From Chlamydiales bacterium (lineage in GTDB: Bacteria > Chlamydiota > Chlamydiia > Chlamydiales > SM23-39), in assembly GCA_965261025.1 (NCBI GenBank), contig OZ253438.1:9229-73228 (forward strand): a DNA stretch of 64,000 nt. Direction: 5' to 3'. This document shows positions 9,208 through 18,991 of this stretch, piece after piece; position 1 is the first letter of the stretch; each line of letters opens with the position of its first letter. The translations under genes and the position numbers were made by a program. Under the pieces are notes generated by a model. The model was not told where the DNA came from. It ran no database searches and saw only the letters and a program-made list of their open reading frames with translations.

Positions 9208-10057
9208 TTAAAATCTCGTGCCCTTCTTCTGTGATTAAAATAGTATGTTCCCATTGAGCGCTTGGTTTTTTATCTATGGTGGTAGCAATCCACTGGTTAT
9301 TGGGATCAATGAGAGCTTCTCTTTTTCCGGCATTGATCATCGGCTCTATGGTAAAAGTCATACCGGGAGCCATAGGGATTTTACTAGAAACTAAGTGGTG
9401 ATAAACTTGGGGAGGTTCATGAAAAAATTTACCTACGCCATGTCCTACAAATTGATTTACTACAGAACACCCCTTTTTTTTGGCAATGGTTTCAATTACC
9501 TTTCCTATTTCTTCCATGTAAACACCAGGCGCACAGATATGAGCTGCTGCCATCATAGCTTCATAAGCCGTATCTACAACATTTTGTCTTTCTTCTGAGG
9601 TTTCCTCTATGATAACCATAGCAGAGCAGTCTCCAAAAAAACCCTCTACTACAGAGGCTACGTCAATGTTTAGAATATCCCCTTTTTTCAAAGGGATATT
9701 GTCTGGAAATCCATGACAGATTACCTCGTTTAAGGAAGTACAAATCCCAAACGGAAAAGGGGGAGACCCGTATCCCAAAGCAGCGGCAGTAGCGCCTTTT
9801 TCTTTATGGAGTTTCGTAGATAGTTCATCCAAATACCGAGTAGTAACTCCTTCTTTTGCCTCTTCACAAAGCCTTAGCAAAATAGAAGAAGCTACCTCGC
9901 AGGCGGTTTGAATCTTGGCTATCTCATCCCTATTTTTTAGTAGGATCCCATATTTTTTTTGATATAAAGCCTGCAAATTCAAATTTGGCTTTTCTGGATA
10001 GTGACATTTTTTCCATTTTTTGCCACTTCCACACCAACAAGGTCCATTTCTTTCCAT
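9191..10057 (-). CDS. map: methionine aminopeptidase with N-terminal SEC-C zinc-binding motif
   Basis: MetAP type I motifs (HGFP, DIxNIDV, FVGHGVG, EPM..., WEHT) preceded by CWCGSGKKWKKCH. The track ORF extends to 10165, but the ATG at 10057 (MERNGPCWCG) avoids overlap with the upstream gene. Confidence 0.9.
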   Translation of the reverse strand: MERNGPCWCGSGKKWKKCHYPEKPNLNLQALYQKKYGILLKNRDEIAKIQTACEVASSILLRLCEEAKEGVTTRYLDELSTKLHKEKGATAAALGYGSPPFPFGICTSLNEVICHGFPDNIPLKKGDILNIDVASVVEGFFGDCSAMVIIEETSEERQNVVDTAYEAMMAAAHICAPGVYMEEIGKVIETIAKKKGCSVVNQFVGHGVGKFFHEPPQVYHHLVSSKIPMAPGMTFTIEPMINAGKREALIDPNNQWIATTIDKKPSAQWEHTILITEEGHEILTRIVP

Positions 10058-10130
10058 AAAGATTACTCTCTTCCCGGCAAAGCCAACATTGTAACAAAAA
10101 GATAGGAGAAGAAGAAAGAGTTTCTTTTCT

Positions 10131-10763
10131 TTAAGAAGAAGGGGTAAAGCAGCTAGAAAAACCACTTAAAAACATTTGTACTGCTATCAAGATCAGGATA
10201 AGTCCCATAAGCCTTTCTAAAGCAGTTACTCCTTTATTTCCCAGGAGATGTTGGAGAAAAGGAGAGATTAAAAGAACAAGTAAAGAGGCCATCCAAGCTA
10301 AAAAGATAGCAGCACTCATAATCCAAAGAGAGGTTTGTTGGGAATATAAAATTACAGCAGCTAATACAGCAGGACCTGCTACTAAGGGTACTGCTAGAGG
10401 AACAATGAAAGGTTCTTTTGCGCGTGATTGCTCCAGTCCCAGCTCTTTCGGAGCAGGAAAAATCATGCGTAGAGAGAGGATAAATAAGATAACTCCTCCC
10501 GCTACTTGTACAGTAAAGGTTTGTATTTGTAAGAAAAGAAGAAGAGCTTCCCCTAAGAAATTAAAGAGGACGATAGTAATAAGGGCAATTAGCATTTCTC
10601 GACAAATGATCCACCTTTGCCTTTTCCTAGGAATTCCTTTTAAAAAAGAAAGGAAAAAAGGGATATTACCAAAAGAGTCCATCAGTAAAAAAAGAGTAAA
10701 GGACAGATAGGCAAGTTGGATCATACTCTCCGGATAGTAGAAAAAAAAGGATCGGAAAAGCAA
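10131..10763 (-). CDS. MarC family (UPF0056) integral membrane protein
   Basis: Polytopic membrane protein with the N-terminal MDSFGNIPFFLSF motif characteristic of MarC/UPF0056. The true start may be the internal ATG at 10724. Confidence 0.7.
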   Translation of the reverse strand: MLFRSFFFYYPESMIQLAYLSFTLFLLMDSFGNIPFFLSFLKGIPRKRQRWIICREMLIALITIVLFNFLGEALLLFLQIQTFTVQVAGGVILFILSLRMIFPAPKELGLEQSRAKEPFIVPLAVPLVAGPAVLAAVILYSQQTSLWIMSAAIFLAWMASLLVLLISPFLQHLLGNKGVTALERLMGLILILIAVQMFLSGFSSCFTPSS

Positions 10764-10769
10764 GAATAT

Positions 10770-11609
10770 TTAAGGTTTTTGTTTTGACTCATAGAGGATT
10801 TTAGTCCAAAGCTTTTCCATAAACTGCTTTTGAGAAGAATTGAGGTGGTATAAAATAGCAAAAAGATCCCGATTCTTATGAAAGGCGGCTTTGGTCCAAT
10901 TAGCAGAACCCAATAAGAGATTTTTCTCGTCGACGTAGAGAAATTTATGGTGTAAAAGGTTCATTCCCGAACTAAAACGAACAGAAATACCTTTTTTCTG
11001 TAAAAACTCTACGGCTTTACTACTGGCTCCCATGCCTGATTGGTGGTCTACTACAATGCTTAACTCTACTCCTCTTTTGTGCGCTAAGGAAAGCTCTTCT
11101 AGAAGTAGAGGATGAGTTAGGGTAAACATGGCCAGTTTGAGGCTTTTATGGGCTTTTCGTATGAGATGGCGGATAGTTTGTAGAGCATGACCTCTAGGAT
11201 CAGGAAGAAGCCAGATTTCGATATCTTGCCCTGCGACCCTAGTTTTTAGGTGACCTTGAGAGTAGGGCGCTTTTTCTTTTAAAAAAGAAGCTATTTGGGG
11301 ACTAAAAAGGCCCATCATTAGGTTGTCGTGCATATTCAAAGAACTGCGAGTAAGATTAGCAGATCCTAAAAAAACCAAAGAGTCATCCAGAACTAACAGT
11401 TTTTGGTGTAAAAGTCCTTCACACTCCATGGGTTTGGCTTCTAGCTTTTGGATTTTTGTATCTAAAAATAAAGAAGCAGTAGGGTCATAAAAAATTTGAG
11501 TAGGGATTTCTTGTAGCGATTTTTCATAGAGTGTATGTAAGACAGAAGTATCCGTAAGACCAAACATAACCAAATAGATAGAGTTTTTCGCATTTTTTAT
11601 CGCTTTCAA
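10770..11609 (-). CDS. phospholipase D superfamily protein (two HKD motifs)
   Basis: Two HxK(x)4D motifs: LHQKLLVLDDSLVFLGSANLT and LHHKFLYVDEKNLLLGSANWT. The frame stays open upstream to about 11780 and encodes a TM anchor, but there is no ATG/GTG/TTG (see findings). Confidence 0.85.
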   Translation of the reverse strand: MKAIKNAKNSIYLVMFGLTDTSVLHTLYEKSLQEIPTQIFYDPTASLFLDTKIQKLEAKPMECEGLLHQKLLVLDDSLVFLGSANLTRSSLNMHDNLMMGLFSPQIASFLKEKAPYSQGHLKTRVAGQDIEIWLLPDPRGHALQTIRHLIRKAHKSLKLAMFTLTHPLLLEELSLAHKRGVELSIVVDHQSGMGASSKAVEFLQKKGISVRFSSGMNLLHHKFLYVDEKNLLLGSANWTKAAFHKNRDLFAILYHLNSSQKQFMEKLWTKILYESKQKP

Positions 11610-11808
11610 GATAGTTACTTTTAGATCTTGTCTACACTGATTTGAATAAAGATGAACAGGGGAATCTGCTTGGGGAAGTCTTGGAGTACGAGCGTAATAA
11701 AAGACCCAAGTATAAAAAAAAGAGACTACGGCAAGTAAGAGAAAAAACTTCTTTCGGATGAAGGAGCCTCCCGTAAATTTTTTTTAAATCCTTCTTAGAA
11801 GAAGGAAG

Positions 11809-12084
11809 CTATACCCTTTTTCCCTCTTTTCGCATTTTCCGGACTACTCTAGCAAGCCCTGTTTTTTCCAAAACACGCATTCCATGGGCAGAGATACGAA
11901 TAGAAACGAAGCGGTTTTCCTCAGCAAACCAAAATTTTTTTTTGAAAAGGTTAGGAGAAAATTTTCTTTTGGTGATGCCTGTGATTTTTAGACCAATCCC
12001 TTTTTTCTTTTTTGCAATCCCGCGGATAGAATAACGTTTTCCCACAGAGGACTTCTTTTTGGTAACCTGGCACTGTCTTGGCAT
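11809..12084 (-). CDS. rpmB: 50S ribosomal protein L28
   Basis: MPRQCQVTKKKSSVGKRYS... with ...FSPNL... is the L28 pattern. The ATG at 12084 gives 91 aa, while the track ORF starts further upstream at 12144. Confidence 0.85.
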   Translation of the reverse strand: MPRQCQVTKKKSSVGKRYSIRGIAKKKKGIGLKITGITKRKFSPNLFKKKFWFAEENRFVSIRISAHGMRVLEKTGLARVVRKMRKEGKRV

Positions 12085-12356
12085 TTTTATACTGCTCCTT
12101 AAAAAATCAAGCGCCATTGTAACAGCTTCCTTCCAATTAAACAAGAGGGTCTTAAACAGAAGAGAAGAATCTATAGAAAAAAATAGCCCTTTTCTCTTTA
12201 TTCAAATTAGTTTTATCCATTCATGTATGAATAGCTCTTAATTAGGCACAAGTAAGATTTTCCCCGGGCTTTTGACAACAAAGCGTTATAGCTTCTCCTT
12301 ATAGTAGCATTTCCTTGAAAGGGGGACCGAACCGCTAAAGTATGCACTCAAAAGTT

Positions 12357-12869
12357 CTATTCTTTGGGGATATTTTCTTCTATTTCTCTTCTTTTTGGAG
12401 GAGAAGTTTTTTTTGGTTTTATTTCTGCGCTTTTAGGAAGGGAAGAGATTTTCTTGGCTCTAATAGTGGAGCCTGTTAAAGAGTTAGTTAAAATATAAAG
12501 ATCCTCAGAATGAGGTTCTTTTTCTGGAATAATTTCTACAGGAGTAATCCAGCTTTGGGAAATAGCCCAGTCAGCAGGAATTACTTCCCAAATGGAGCCA
12601 TCAGAGAGTCTTAAATAAGCTCCTCCACTGATTACCTCAGAAATGACAGGGTATTCATTGGGACGAGTTCCAGGTCTTTTAATATGATGTTTATTGATCC
12701 ATTGCTGAAGGGCCTTTTTTTCTTCCGGGGAGAGTTTGTGGACTCCTGTCTTTCTTTGATCGGAAGGAGTCATATGCGTATCTAGCGTATTTGTAGGAGA
12801 ATAGCTTTTATAGGCAAAGAGTAAAGAAGCGCTCGCCACAAAGAACAGGACAAAAATGAATTTTCTCAT
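12357..12869 (-). CDS. secreted hypothetical protein (Sec signal peptide)
   Basis: 170 aa with the N-terminal signal MRKFIFVLFFVASASLLFA and a Lys/Pro-rich C-terminus. No known motif. Confidence 0.6.
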   Translation of the reverse strand: MRKFIFVLFFVASASLLFAYKSYSPTNTLDTHMTPSDQRKTGVHKLSPEEKKALQQWINKHHIKRPGTRPNEYPVISEVISGGAYLRLSDGSIWEVIPADWAISQSWITPVEIIPEKEPHSEDLYILTNSLTGSTIRAKKISSLPKSAEIKPKKTSPPKRREIEENIPKE

Positions 12870-12924
12870 AAAAAAGCTTTTATCTTCTTATTAATAAAAA
12901 AAAGTGAATTAGAACAAGAAAAAA

Positions 12925-14478
12925 TTACAGAGGAACCAGGAAAAAAGAAGGAGGGGGTTGAAAGCTTGTCTGAGACAGGGCTCTTTTTAGCTCTTCCTTG
13001 ATTTTGGGGTGGTGGTTCTTTTTTTGTAAAAACTGCTCTAGAAGAAAAAAATGCTTCCAAGCAAGTAGGTAGCTCCCCCTTTGAAGATATAAAGAGCTCA
13101 AGTAGTAGTTTATCGTAGGATTTTCCTTATCGATAAGAAACAGCCTTTCTAAAACGTGTAAGGCTTCTTTTTCTTTATGAAGCTGCATATAAGTAGAGGC
13201 TAGTTGAAAAAGCCCCGCTTTGAAGAGAGGATATTTTTGAAGTACTTGAGAAAGTGCTTCTTGTTTTTGTAGAAGAGATTCTTTCGTTTCTTCCACTTGA
13301 GAAAGCACTACTTCTATGCCTTTTTCATCAACCTGGTTCTCTAAAAAATCCTCCGTAATATGATCTGAGTAGATCATATAAGGGGAGGGGGTATTTTGGG
13401 TCTTTTTCAAAAGAGGGAGGGCTTCTTGTTTTTTTCCTAAGAAGAGATAGGTATATCCTAAGAACTTTTGAATTAAAGGATCTTCTGGTATGTATAGAAG
13501 GGCTTTTTCATACAAAAGAGCTGCGCTTTCATATTCTTTTTTCTCCAATTTTGTCGAGGCCTCATTCATAAGAGCAAGGCCTATTACCTCTTTTTTTGTC
13601 CTCTCTTGCAAAATAGGAGTTTCAATACTGAGATAATTTTCAGAAGAGATATGAATACCTCGAGCTGTGGTTTCTATATTTCTCTCTTCTTCCGCTTGAT
13701 ATCTTACAAAGATATGCCCTGGAGGTGTTACAATTTTTAGGGGAATATCCAATCTTTGGGCAAGGGATAAGTATAAGATAGACACTCCTAAACAGACCCC
13801 TTTTCTTTTTTCCATAACAGAAGAGAGAAAAGTATAATGGCCAATATCATTTGACCAAGAGGAGTTTGCGGGAAAAGTGAAGTGAAGATCAAAGAAAAGA
13901 AGTTGATTTATGGCATCAATTTTCTGTTCTGCACAAGCATTTTTAGGCAAGGAGGCTAGAATTTGCAGCGCCATAAAATCCAAATAAGCTTCATAGGTCT
14001 GGATCATAGCTTTGTTTTCAGGATGGGTAAGTAAAAGTGTAGCTCTTGCTATATCGATTTCTGTTTCTTTAAGAGAAAGAATTTCTGCTTCTTGAAAAGT
14101 TTGATATCCTTTTAAAGAACGATTTGCCAAAAAGGTTCCTATTTCTTGCACGCACTCTAGTTGTTTTTCACAAAGAGGTTCCATCTCTTCAGAAAAGGAA
14201 TAAACCATCGACTCTAAGATTTTTAGAGAGATGGGAAGTAACGGGATCTCTTTTTTTTCCTTATGAATTAATGCTTGTGCCCTTTGTAGCGCCTTTTGTC
14301 CTTCTTTAGTTTCTGGATAAAGCTCATAGAAAGCCAAATTTTGGATCAAAGAAGAGGGATTCAATCTGGCAAACTTGGTTCTTATTTCAGTAGAGCTTGG
14401 AAAATCAGAAGGATCTTTCCCAAAACAGGGTAAAAAGAAGAGAGTAAAAAAGAGAAAGAGCAAGCTTTTGTGTTTCAT
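12925..14478 (-). CDS. transglutaminase-like/TPR repeat protein (SirB1/UPF0162-like), exported
   Basis: GVCLGVSILYLSLAQRLDIPLKIVTPPGHIFVRY matches the transglutaminase-like core and is followed by TPR-like repeats. The start at 14478 (MKHKSLLFLFFTLFFLPCFG signal) overlaps the malQ stop as ATGA, whereas the track ORF starts at 14547. Confidence 0.65.
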   Translation of the reverse strand: MKHKSLLFLFFTLFFLPCFGKDPSDFPSSTEIRTKFARLNPSSLIQNLAFYELYPETKEGQKALQRAQALIHKEKKEIPLLPISLKILESMVYSFSEEMEPLCEKQLECVQEIGTFLANRSLKGYQTFQEAEILSLKETEIDIARATLLLTHPENKAMIQTYEAYLDFMALQILASLPKNACAEQKIDAINQLLFFDLHFTFPANSSWSNDIGHYTFLSSVMEKRKGVCLGVSILYLSLAQRLDIPLKIVTPPGHIFVRYQAEEERNIETTARGIHISSENYLSIETPILQERTKKEVIGLALMNEASTKLEKKEYESAALLYEKALLYIPEDPLIQKFLGYTYLFLGKKQEALPLLKKTQNTPSPYMIYSDHITEDFLENQVDEKGIEVVLSQVEETKESLLQKQEALSQVLQKYPLFKAGLFQLASTYMQLHKEKEALHVLERLFLIDKENPTINYYLSSLYLQRGSYLLAWKHFFLLEQFLQKKNHHPKIKEELKRALSQTSFQPPPSFFLVPL

Positions 14479-16109
14479 TTCTCCTTCTTTGTAATAGACC
14501 TGATTGCTTGTATTAAGGAGGTATGAGAAAGAAGCTTCTCTAAACAAGGTTCCATTCTATAAGACCAGTTTTTAAAAGAGATAGTGCCCGGGGTATTAAT
14601 TCTGCTTTTTCCCTCCCCCTTATAAGCTAAAGCTAGATATTCAGGCAAAAGATTTACATGGAATAAAGAAGGGGAGCTATGAATCTTTTTGAAGAAACAT
14701 TTTCTAGAAGAAAGAGAAAGCTTTTTTCGGTAGGAGAGGTTATGGAGTTTTGCAAAATTTTTTGCTTCTAAAGGGTTATTTTCCCACCAGATTTCAAAGG
14801 GCTCTGAGTCGTGAGTAGACAAACAGCAAAAGCTTAAGTAAGGATAGTCCTTAGGATGAATTAACTCTCCTTCTTCTGTTTTTTCCCACCTTGCTACCAG
14901 AGTCTTGCAAATTCCGAGTTTCTTTAAAATAGGCCTGACTTCGTGGGGGATGGTTCCAAGATCTTCTGCAATAGGAAGCATAGAAGACATAGTAATGAGG
15001 CTTTCTAATCTTTTTTCGCCTAAAAAAGGCCATAGGAGACGGTTTTCAGAAACAAATCTTCCCTGTTTTGCTAGCTCAAAAGGCTTTATGCTCCATATAC
15101 GAAAAAATCCTACTAAATGATCTATTCGGTATAAGTCGTAGAAAAGGGAGGCAATCTCTATTCTTTTCCTCCACCAAGAATAGTTATTTTTTTCTAAAAA
15201 ATCCCAGTTGAAGGTAGGAAACCCCCAGTTTTGTCCCTCACGGCTATACATATCAGGGGGAGCTCCTGCTAGAAGATCGAGGCGAAATGTTTTTCTATAA
15301 AACCAGACATCTACCGAGTCATAGCTTACTAAAATAGGAATATCTCCCATCAAGAGGATCTTTTTTTCTGCTGCTAGTTTTTTTACTTTGAAAAACTGGG
15401 AAAAACAAAGGTATTGCAAAAAGGTATAAAACAGAACCTGCTCTTCTTCTTGTTTACTCCACAAAAAAAGATCCTTTTCCTGAGGATTTTTATATTTTTT
15501 CGGCCACTCATACCAGGGTTTTTCTCGGAATTTATGACGAAGAGCTTTGTATAAGGCATATTCACTTAGCCAAGAGTGCTTTTGAACAAAGTCTTGATAG
15601 GATTTTTTCTGAGATAGTGTGGGAAAAAAGCAGAGGAAATACTCGTATAAAAAAGAAAGTTTTTTTCTCCTTACTGTAGAAAAAGAAACATTCTTTGTTT
15701 GTAATTCTTTTCGAAGCAACTCTCCTTTTTTTTTCCAAAAGGGGTTTGATTCCATGTTAGGCAAGCAAGCAATTCTTATGTAGACAGGGTCCAAAGCAAA
15801 AGCGCTTTGAGCGCTGTAAGGACTTTTTGCAAGACCTGTGTCATTTATGGGCAAAATTTGGATGAGATCCATCCCTATTTTTTTTACCCATTGAATCAAA
15901 AGAAAAAGATCATAAAAATCTCCTATTCCTTCACTCAAAGAGCTTTTTAGAGAAAAAACTGGAACACAAATACCATGGTGAGGTCTAAAAGGAATCTTTT
16001 CCCAACAAGAGGCCGTTTTTTTCTCTAAAAGAAGGGATTGTAAAAATTCCATAGAGGGACGCTTAAGTTTTTTACCTGAAGAAATTTCCTTAAAAAGGAC
16101 GGGCCTCAT
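14475..16109 (-). CDS. malQ: 4-alpha-glucanotransferase (amylomaltase, GH77)
   Basis: 544 aa with GH77-type motifs (SPYSAQSAFA, GDIPI, WGFP, RIDH, EDLG) in the position of chlamydial malQ. An alternative start is the ATG at 16052. Confidence 0.88.
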   Translation of the reverse strand: MRPVLFKEISSGKKLKRPSMEFLQSLLLEKKTASCWEKIPFRPHHGICVPVFSLKSSLSEGIGDFYDLFLLIQWVKKIGMDLIQILPINDTGLAKSPYSAQSAFALDPVYIRIACLPNMESNPFWKKKGELLRKELQTKNVSFSTVRRKKLSFLYEYFLCFFPTLSQKKSYQDFVQKHSWLSEYALYKALRHKFREKPWYEWPKKYKNPQEKDLFLWSKQEEEQVLFYTFLQYLCFSQFFKVKKLAAEKKILLMGDIPILVSYDSVDVWFYRKTFRLDLLAGAPPDMYSREGQNWGFPTFNWDFLEKNNYSWWRKRIEIASLFYDLYRIDHLVGFFRIWSIKPFELAKQGRFVSENRLLWPFLGEKRLESLITMSSMLPIAEDLGTIPHEVRPILKKLGICKTLVARWEKTEEGELIHPKDYPYLSFCCLSTHDSEPFEIWWENNPLEAKNFAKLHNLSYRKKLSLSSRKCFFKKIHSSPSLFHVNLLPEYLALAYKGEGKSRINTPGTISFKNWSYRMEPCLEKLLSHTSLIQAIRSITKKEK

Positions 16110-16497
16110 TTTTTTCTAAAGCTTGTTTCCAGGAAAGGGCTTTTGCAGCAAAAGAAGAGAAAATTTCGGAAAAGGCGTTTGCCGAGACATGTTTCTCCTT
16201 TACAAAATGGAACAAAACTAATTGGTCATTATGCACATTGTAGGCCAAAGATCCCACCTTGGGATAAAAGTGGTTTTCCTTCAGGCTGTTTTTTAAAACC
16301 TCTTCTCGGTATTTCCCAGGTGGTAGAGAACCTAACATAGCACCTAACAAATACCCTTCTCCTCTTTGTTCTTTCTCTATTTGGATTTTTATTTTTTCTT
16401 CAACTAAAAGAATGCAGTGCCCTTTTCTATCCACTTTTAAAGCAATTCCTAAAGCTTTTCCTAAATTCTCTATTAGCTCTTCAAAGACCTCTTTCAC
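16090..16497 (-). CDS. type III secretion class I chaperone (CesT/SycE-like, Scc1 position)
   Basis: 135-aa acidic protein immediately downstream of copN and overlapping it. Size and position match Chlamydia scc1/sycE between copN and malQ. Confidence 0.7.
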   Translation of the reverse strand: MKEVFEELIENLGKALGIALKVDRKGHCILLVEEKIKIQIEKEQRGEGYLLGAMLGSLPPGKYREEVLKNSLKENHFYPKVGSLAYNVHNDQLVLFHFVKEKHVSANAFSEIFSSFAAKALSWKQALEKNEARPF

Positions 16498-17648
16498 TCT
16501 TCTTCCTCCTCTTCTTCCTCTTCGAGCTCTTCTAAAGCTTCCATAAGAGCTTCCAATAGATCTTCCTTGTGTTGGTTAGATTTATAAAGTCTAGGAGCGA
16601 TTTGCCTTACAGCATCTCTTACTTGTGTATAAACGATAATCTGAGCTATTTCCTCTTCTAAAAGACCTAAATTTCTTCCCATTTGGAAGATCCTATCTGC
16701 TGATAGGTATCTCTCTTGCAAAAGTTTTAAAAATTCTCTGGCTAGATTTTCAAAATGAAGACGGGAAGGAAGCTCTATTTGGTACTGCTTAAAAAGGCGA
16801 TTCATTAGAGGAATTCTGGATTGGAAAAAGAAAAAAACCCCCAAAAGGGCCTGTATGATCCGAATATCTTCTACTATTTTGGCCAGTTCTATTTTAGCTA
16901 TGGAAGGACCTTTTGCTTTTAGATCAGCTCCTAAAGAATGGAGTAAAAACTGAGCTACGGTTTTCATTTTAGGAAAAGAAAAATGAGCAAAAAGTTCTTC
17001 AAATAAGGTATAGGCATCTCTGGGATTTCCCGTAATGTCTCGATAAAGATCTCTTAAAGCATTGGGATCTCCCAGTCCCTGTTTGGAAAATTCTCTTGCG
17101 TGGAGGGAGATATTTCTTCCCGCTTTAATTTCTCTTTCATAATTTTTTTCTAAAAGGGCTTTTGCCCCAGAGACTTTTTCCCGAAAAAGCCCTCTAGTTA
17201 CTTGATACAAAAAGTCTAAAGCCTCACTTGCTAGAAAAGGATCTGGATAAAAACGGAGAACTTTGGCAAGTAAAGTCTCAGCAGTGTCCCTTGCAGAAAG
17301 CGTACTAAGAAGGATTTGTAAAGTACGGGCTCTTAATTCAGGATTTTTATTTTGAAAACTAGTGGCAATCTCTTCTATTTTCTCTCTTTTTTCTACCTTG
17401 TCGTGATCTTCTGCTTCTTCTTTTTTTTCAATAGCCTTCACTCTGGCATGAGTTTCTTTTTGCTCTTTCAAATTACGAAAACGTCTTGTAGGAACTCCGT
17501 TAAAGCCCTGCTCTGCCCATTGCTGAAAGTCTTCTTGCGCCTCTTCTGCCTGCATAATAAGCCCTTTTTCAAAGGCTTGCTGCGCTCTTACCTCTTGCTT
17601 CCAAACAGGATCAGGGGGAGAGATAGGGGAAATATCGGATTCTGCCAT
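16494..17648 (-). CDS. copN: type III secretion gatekeeper SctW (CopN/LcrE/YopN-TyeA family)
   Basis: 384-aa all-helical protein in the conserved chlamydial position next to sctV. It has a HrpJ/YopN-like central region and ends in a poly-Glu tail. Confidence 0.75.
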   Translation of the reverse strand: MAESDISPISPPDPVWKQEVRAQQAFEKGLIMQAEEAQEDFQQWAEQGFNGVPTRRFRNLKEQKETHARVKAIEKKEEAEDHDKVEKREKIEEIATSFQNKNPELRARTLQILLSTLSARDTAETLLAKVLRFYPDPFLASEALDFLYQVTRGLFREKVSGAKALLEKNYEREIKAGRNISLHAREFSKQGLGDPNALRDLYRDITGNPRDAYTLFEELFAHFSFPKMKTVAQFLLHSLGADLKAKGPSIAKIELAKIVEDIRIIQALLGVFFFFQSRIPLMNRLFKQYQIELPSRLHFENLAREFLKLLQERYLSADRIFQMGRNLGLLEEEIAQIIVYTQVRDAVRQIAPRLYKSNQHKEDLLEALMEALEELEEEEEEEEE

Positions 17649-17723
17649 AGGTTTCTATCCTTTTCTAGGAGATAGCTTATTTTGTCTTTATTTGAAAACT
17701 CCTTTGTCTGCCTATCCTGGTAA

Positions 17724-18935
17724 CTAAAGGCCCTGTAAGCCCTCAGCTGCGATTACAAGAAGAAAAAATAGGGCTAAAATAACCATGTTAGATTTTTTCG
17801 TTAATCTCGAATTATGGGATACCCAGGTAGGAGATTTTCTACCTACATGAACCAGGGAAATAGGGATGATTCCCAAAAGGATCGCCACAAAAATACCCGC
17901 ATAACTGAGTAGGGAGGAAAAGATACTTGGAAGGAAGATGACCAATAGAAGGGGAGGGACAAAAGTAGCCATAGAGAGATAGCGCTTTTTACTAAAAACC
18001 TTTAGGAAGGAAAGACCTTCTTCTAAAAAATCCCATAAGCTAAGGGCAACCCCTAAAAGAGAGGTGAAAATAGCAAAAATACAAAACAAAGAAGCTGCCT
18101 TGGAAGAAAAAGAACTTTGCGTAGTTTTCTCTATAGAAATAATCAAACTGCCCAGTTGATCCTGAGACTGTAAAATGGAGAAAATTCCCCCTTCTCCCTG
18201 GATAGGTAAGGCGCCTAAAATGGCTAGTTGCCATCCTAAGTAGAACAAAAGAGGGATCGCGGAACCTATCCAGATACAAGTATGAATGATTCTTCGGTTT
18301 GCCTTTAGGTATTTGGTTAAAGAAGGGATAATAATATGGAACCCAAAAGAAGTTACCAAGACAGGTAAGGAGGAAAGCATAGAGGTATTGCTTATGAAAG
18401 TGAATGTATCAGTATGTAGGTGTCTATACAATAGGGAAACTAAAAATAGGTAGCAAAGAGCAGTACAAAGAAGGAGACTTCGGTTGAGATAGTCTACCAT
18501 CTTAATCCCACAAAGTAAGAAAAGGCAAATCACACCTGTTAAAAAAAGGGATATCCAAGGAGAATTTCCCCCTTGAACAGAGGCAAAAGGACTGATAAGA
18601 GAAGTGACTCCAGAAATATAGGCTGCCATAAGAGAATACAAAAGAAGGAGATAAGACGTCCCGCTAACTATTTCTCCTAAAGGACCGAGGATTTGCCTAG
18701 ACACGCCAAGGAGATTGCTTCCTGGCATATTTAAAGAAGCTTCGACCATCAAAAAAGCCGTAGAAGTCATGGTGAGCCATGTCAGAAAAAACAGAAGAGA
18801 AGAAAAGATCATTCCCATTGGAGCTGTGACGATTGGAAGGGCCAACATGCCCCCTCCAATACAGGTGCCTGCTATGAGGAGAATAGATCCCAAGCTTAGG
18901 GAAACAACTCCTATTTTTGCATCGGTTTTTTCCAT
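17724..18935 (-). CDS. tyrP: aromatic amino acid (tyrosine/tryptophan) permease, HAAAP family
   Basis: 403 aa with about 11 TM helices. The N-terminal GSILLIAGTCIGGGMLALP motif is typical of the TyrP/Mtr/TnaB family. Confidence 0.75.
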   Translation of the reverse strand: MEKTDAKIGVVSLSLGSILLIAGTCIGGGMLALPIVTAPMGMIFSSLLFFLTWLTMTSTAFLMVEASLNMPGSNLLGVSRQILGPLGEIVSGTSYLLLLYSLMAAYISGVTSLISPFASVQGGNSPWISLFLTGVICLFLLCGIKMVDYLNRSLLLCTALCYLFLVSLLYRHLHTDTFTFISNTSMLSSLPVLVTSFGFHIIIPSLTKYLKANRRIIHTCIWIGSAIPLLFYLGWQLAILGALPIQGEGGIFSILQSQDQLGSLIISIEKTTQSSFSSKAASLFCIFAIFTSLLGVALSLWDFLEEGLSFLKVFSKKRYLSMATFVPPLLLVIFLPSIFSSLLSYAGIFVAILLGIIPISLVHVGRKSPTWVSHNSRLTKKSNMVILALFFLLVIAAEGLQGL

Positions 18936-18991
18936 AAAGAGTCTATTTTAACGGGCAAGCATTTAGAAGGCACAATGAAATAGCAAGTGGC

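Noticed and set aside
16494-16530. GAA/GAG-rich run at the copN 3' end, considered as a tandem repeat
   Set aside because: It simply encodes the C-terminal poly-Glu tail of the protein. This is low-complexity coding sequence, not a structured repeat.
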